From NCBI GenBank assembly GCA_965153285.1, contig OZ229126.1: 64,000 bases of DNA, one strand, 5' to 3'. Positions 62,861 to 64,000 of the stretch are shown here, piece after piece (positions within the stretch are counted from its first letter, which is position 1; each line of letters opens with the position of its first letter). Made by a program: the position numbers and the translations under genes. The notes beneath the pieces were generated by a model, which saw only the letters and a program-made list of their open reading frames with translations, was not told where the DNA came from and made no database searches. This DNA is from Podarcis tiliguerta. Its lineage: Eukaryota.

Positions 62861-64000
62861 CCTTAATCGGTAATGGAAAATGCTTAAAGGCCTTGGTGCT
62901 GTGGGAAATTCCTTGAGCACCTCTTTAGGCTTATTCTTTTTCTTGAGCTTATTTTTCATTTTATTTTTCTTTAAAGTCAAGAGGTTGTAGTTGTATAACC
63001 ACAAGCCTGAGGTGTGACTTAGGGAAAGGTGAAGATTTGTTAAGGATCTTGGATCCCGCTCAGAAAAGGAAATTTTAGAGCTGTTCAAAGTATGAAGTAT
63101 GCAATCATCCGAACATACAGAGTAGCAAAAGGGATATAACTGCTGTTGTGTGGCATTACACACAGAGAGAGCTATTTAGAATTAGGAAATATACTTTGAC
63201 AGCTTAACCTTGGCTTGCATTTTTTCAAAGGAAACTGACAAAGGCACCTCAAGCCCACTATGGTTATGAGAGAGCTCCAATAGAGATGCAGTCTGTATTT
63301 AACTGTTTTTATATATGGGGACGTAGAGACAGAGAGAGAGAGAGTTCTTGCAAGTGTTTAAAATTGTTTTCAAACATATTATTTTTATTTTTATTGTTGA
63401 AACCCACCCTTATGGTAAAGGAATATAATAAATAGATTAGAACAGAGACACACATGATCTATTTTAAATGCAGTAATCCTATTCCTGTCTATTCCGAAGC
63501 AAGTTCCATTGAATTCAATGGGGGTCACTCTCAGGCAAGTGTGGTTAGGATTGCAGACTAAGGAGAAATTTCTAACAGCTGGTTCAAACATTATGTAGGA
63601 ACTTGCTTTCGTGCAGTAAGTTAAAGAGGCGCCACTTCCTGGTGTTTTGTTTCCGTGACTATGTTGATTCTACAGAACAGATTCTGTTGTGGTTTTATTA
63701 TGCACTTTGATGGCACTGATAGAGTGAACAGTGGTATATAAGTCTTCTAATAAATGAAGAATATACAATTTATGGGGGGATGAGAACCATTCATCTTAAA
63801 AAGCTGGGGAAATGTTAGATCATTCTGTGATCTACTCTAAAACCACAGGGCCAACATAAGAGTTTGATGCCAGTTCCTTTAGTTCTTCACACAGAAGTGA
63901 ACACATGGTATCTCAAAAGTAGAAATGGCACTGAATGTGCTATCTGTGCTAAGCTGCTGGTCTTTGGCTGCCTGTCTATCCCACAAACTCCACAATGCAG

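Overview
Vertebrate genomic DNA, most likely from a lacertid-type lizard (inferred from Sauria SINEs, Bov-B, and squamate-type L2, Penelope-like and MITE families). The only host coding sequence is one 236-bp internal exon of basonuclin-2 (BNC2) on the minus strand (59565-59800). The rest of the window appears to be BNC2 intron, densely filled with transposon relics and some repeat-poor blocks that may be conserved non-coding elements. The window opens inside a well-preserved Ty3/Gypsy chromovirus: integrase, GPY/F, chromodomain, PPT and a 748-bp 3' LTR. A 759-bp solo LTR of the same family, with a 5-bp TSD, sits inside a Tc1/mariner MITE 53 kb away. Top finding: the pol frame does not stop after the chromodomain. 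It runs about 160 more codons, crosses the PPT and continues 206 codons inside the LTR. A hand alignment of the two LTR copies shows the same stop, an in-frame 12-nt indel and an excess of third-position changes, so the LTR looks like protein-coding sequence under purifying selection. Other points: a chromodomain with no aromatic cage, a minimal hammerhead ribozyme motif in a Penelope-like fragment, a candidate in-frame BNC2 cassette exon, a cryptic splice acceptor in the LTRs on the BNC2 strand, templated junction signatures and several long hairpins. All alignments and counts were done by eye; no database searches were run.
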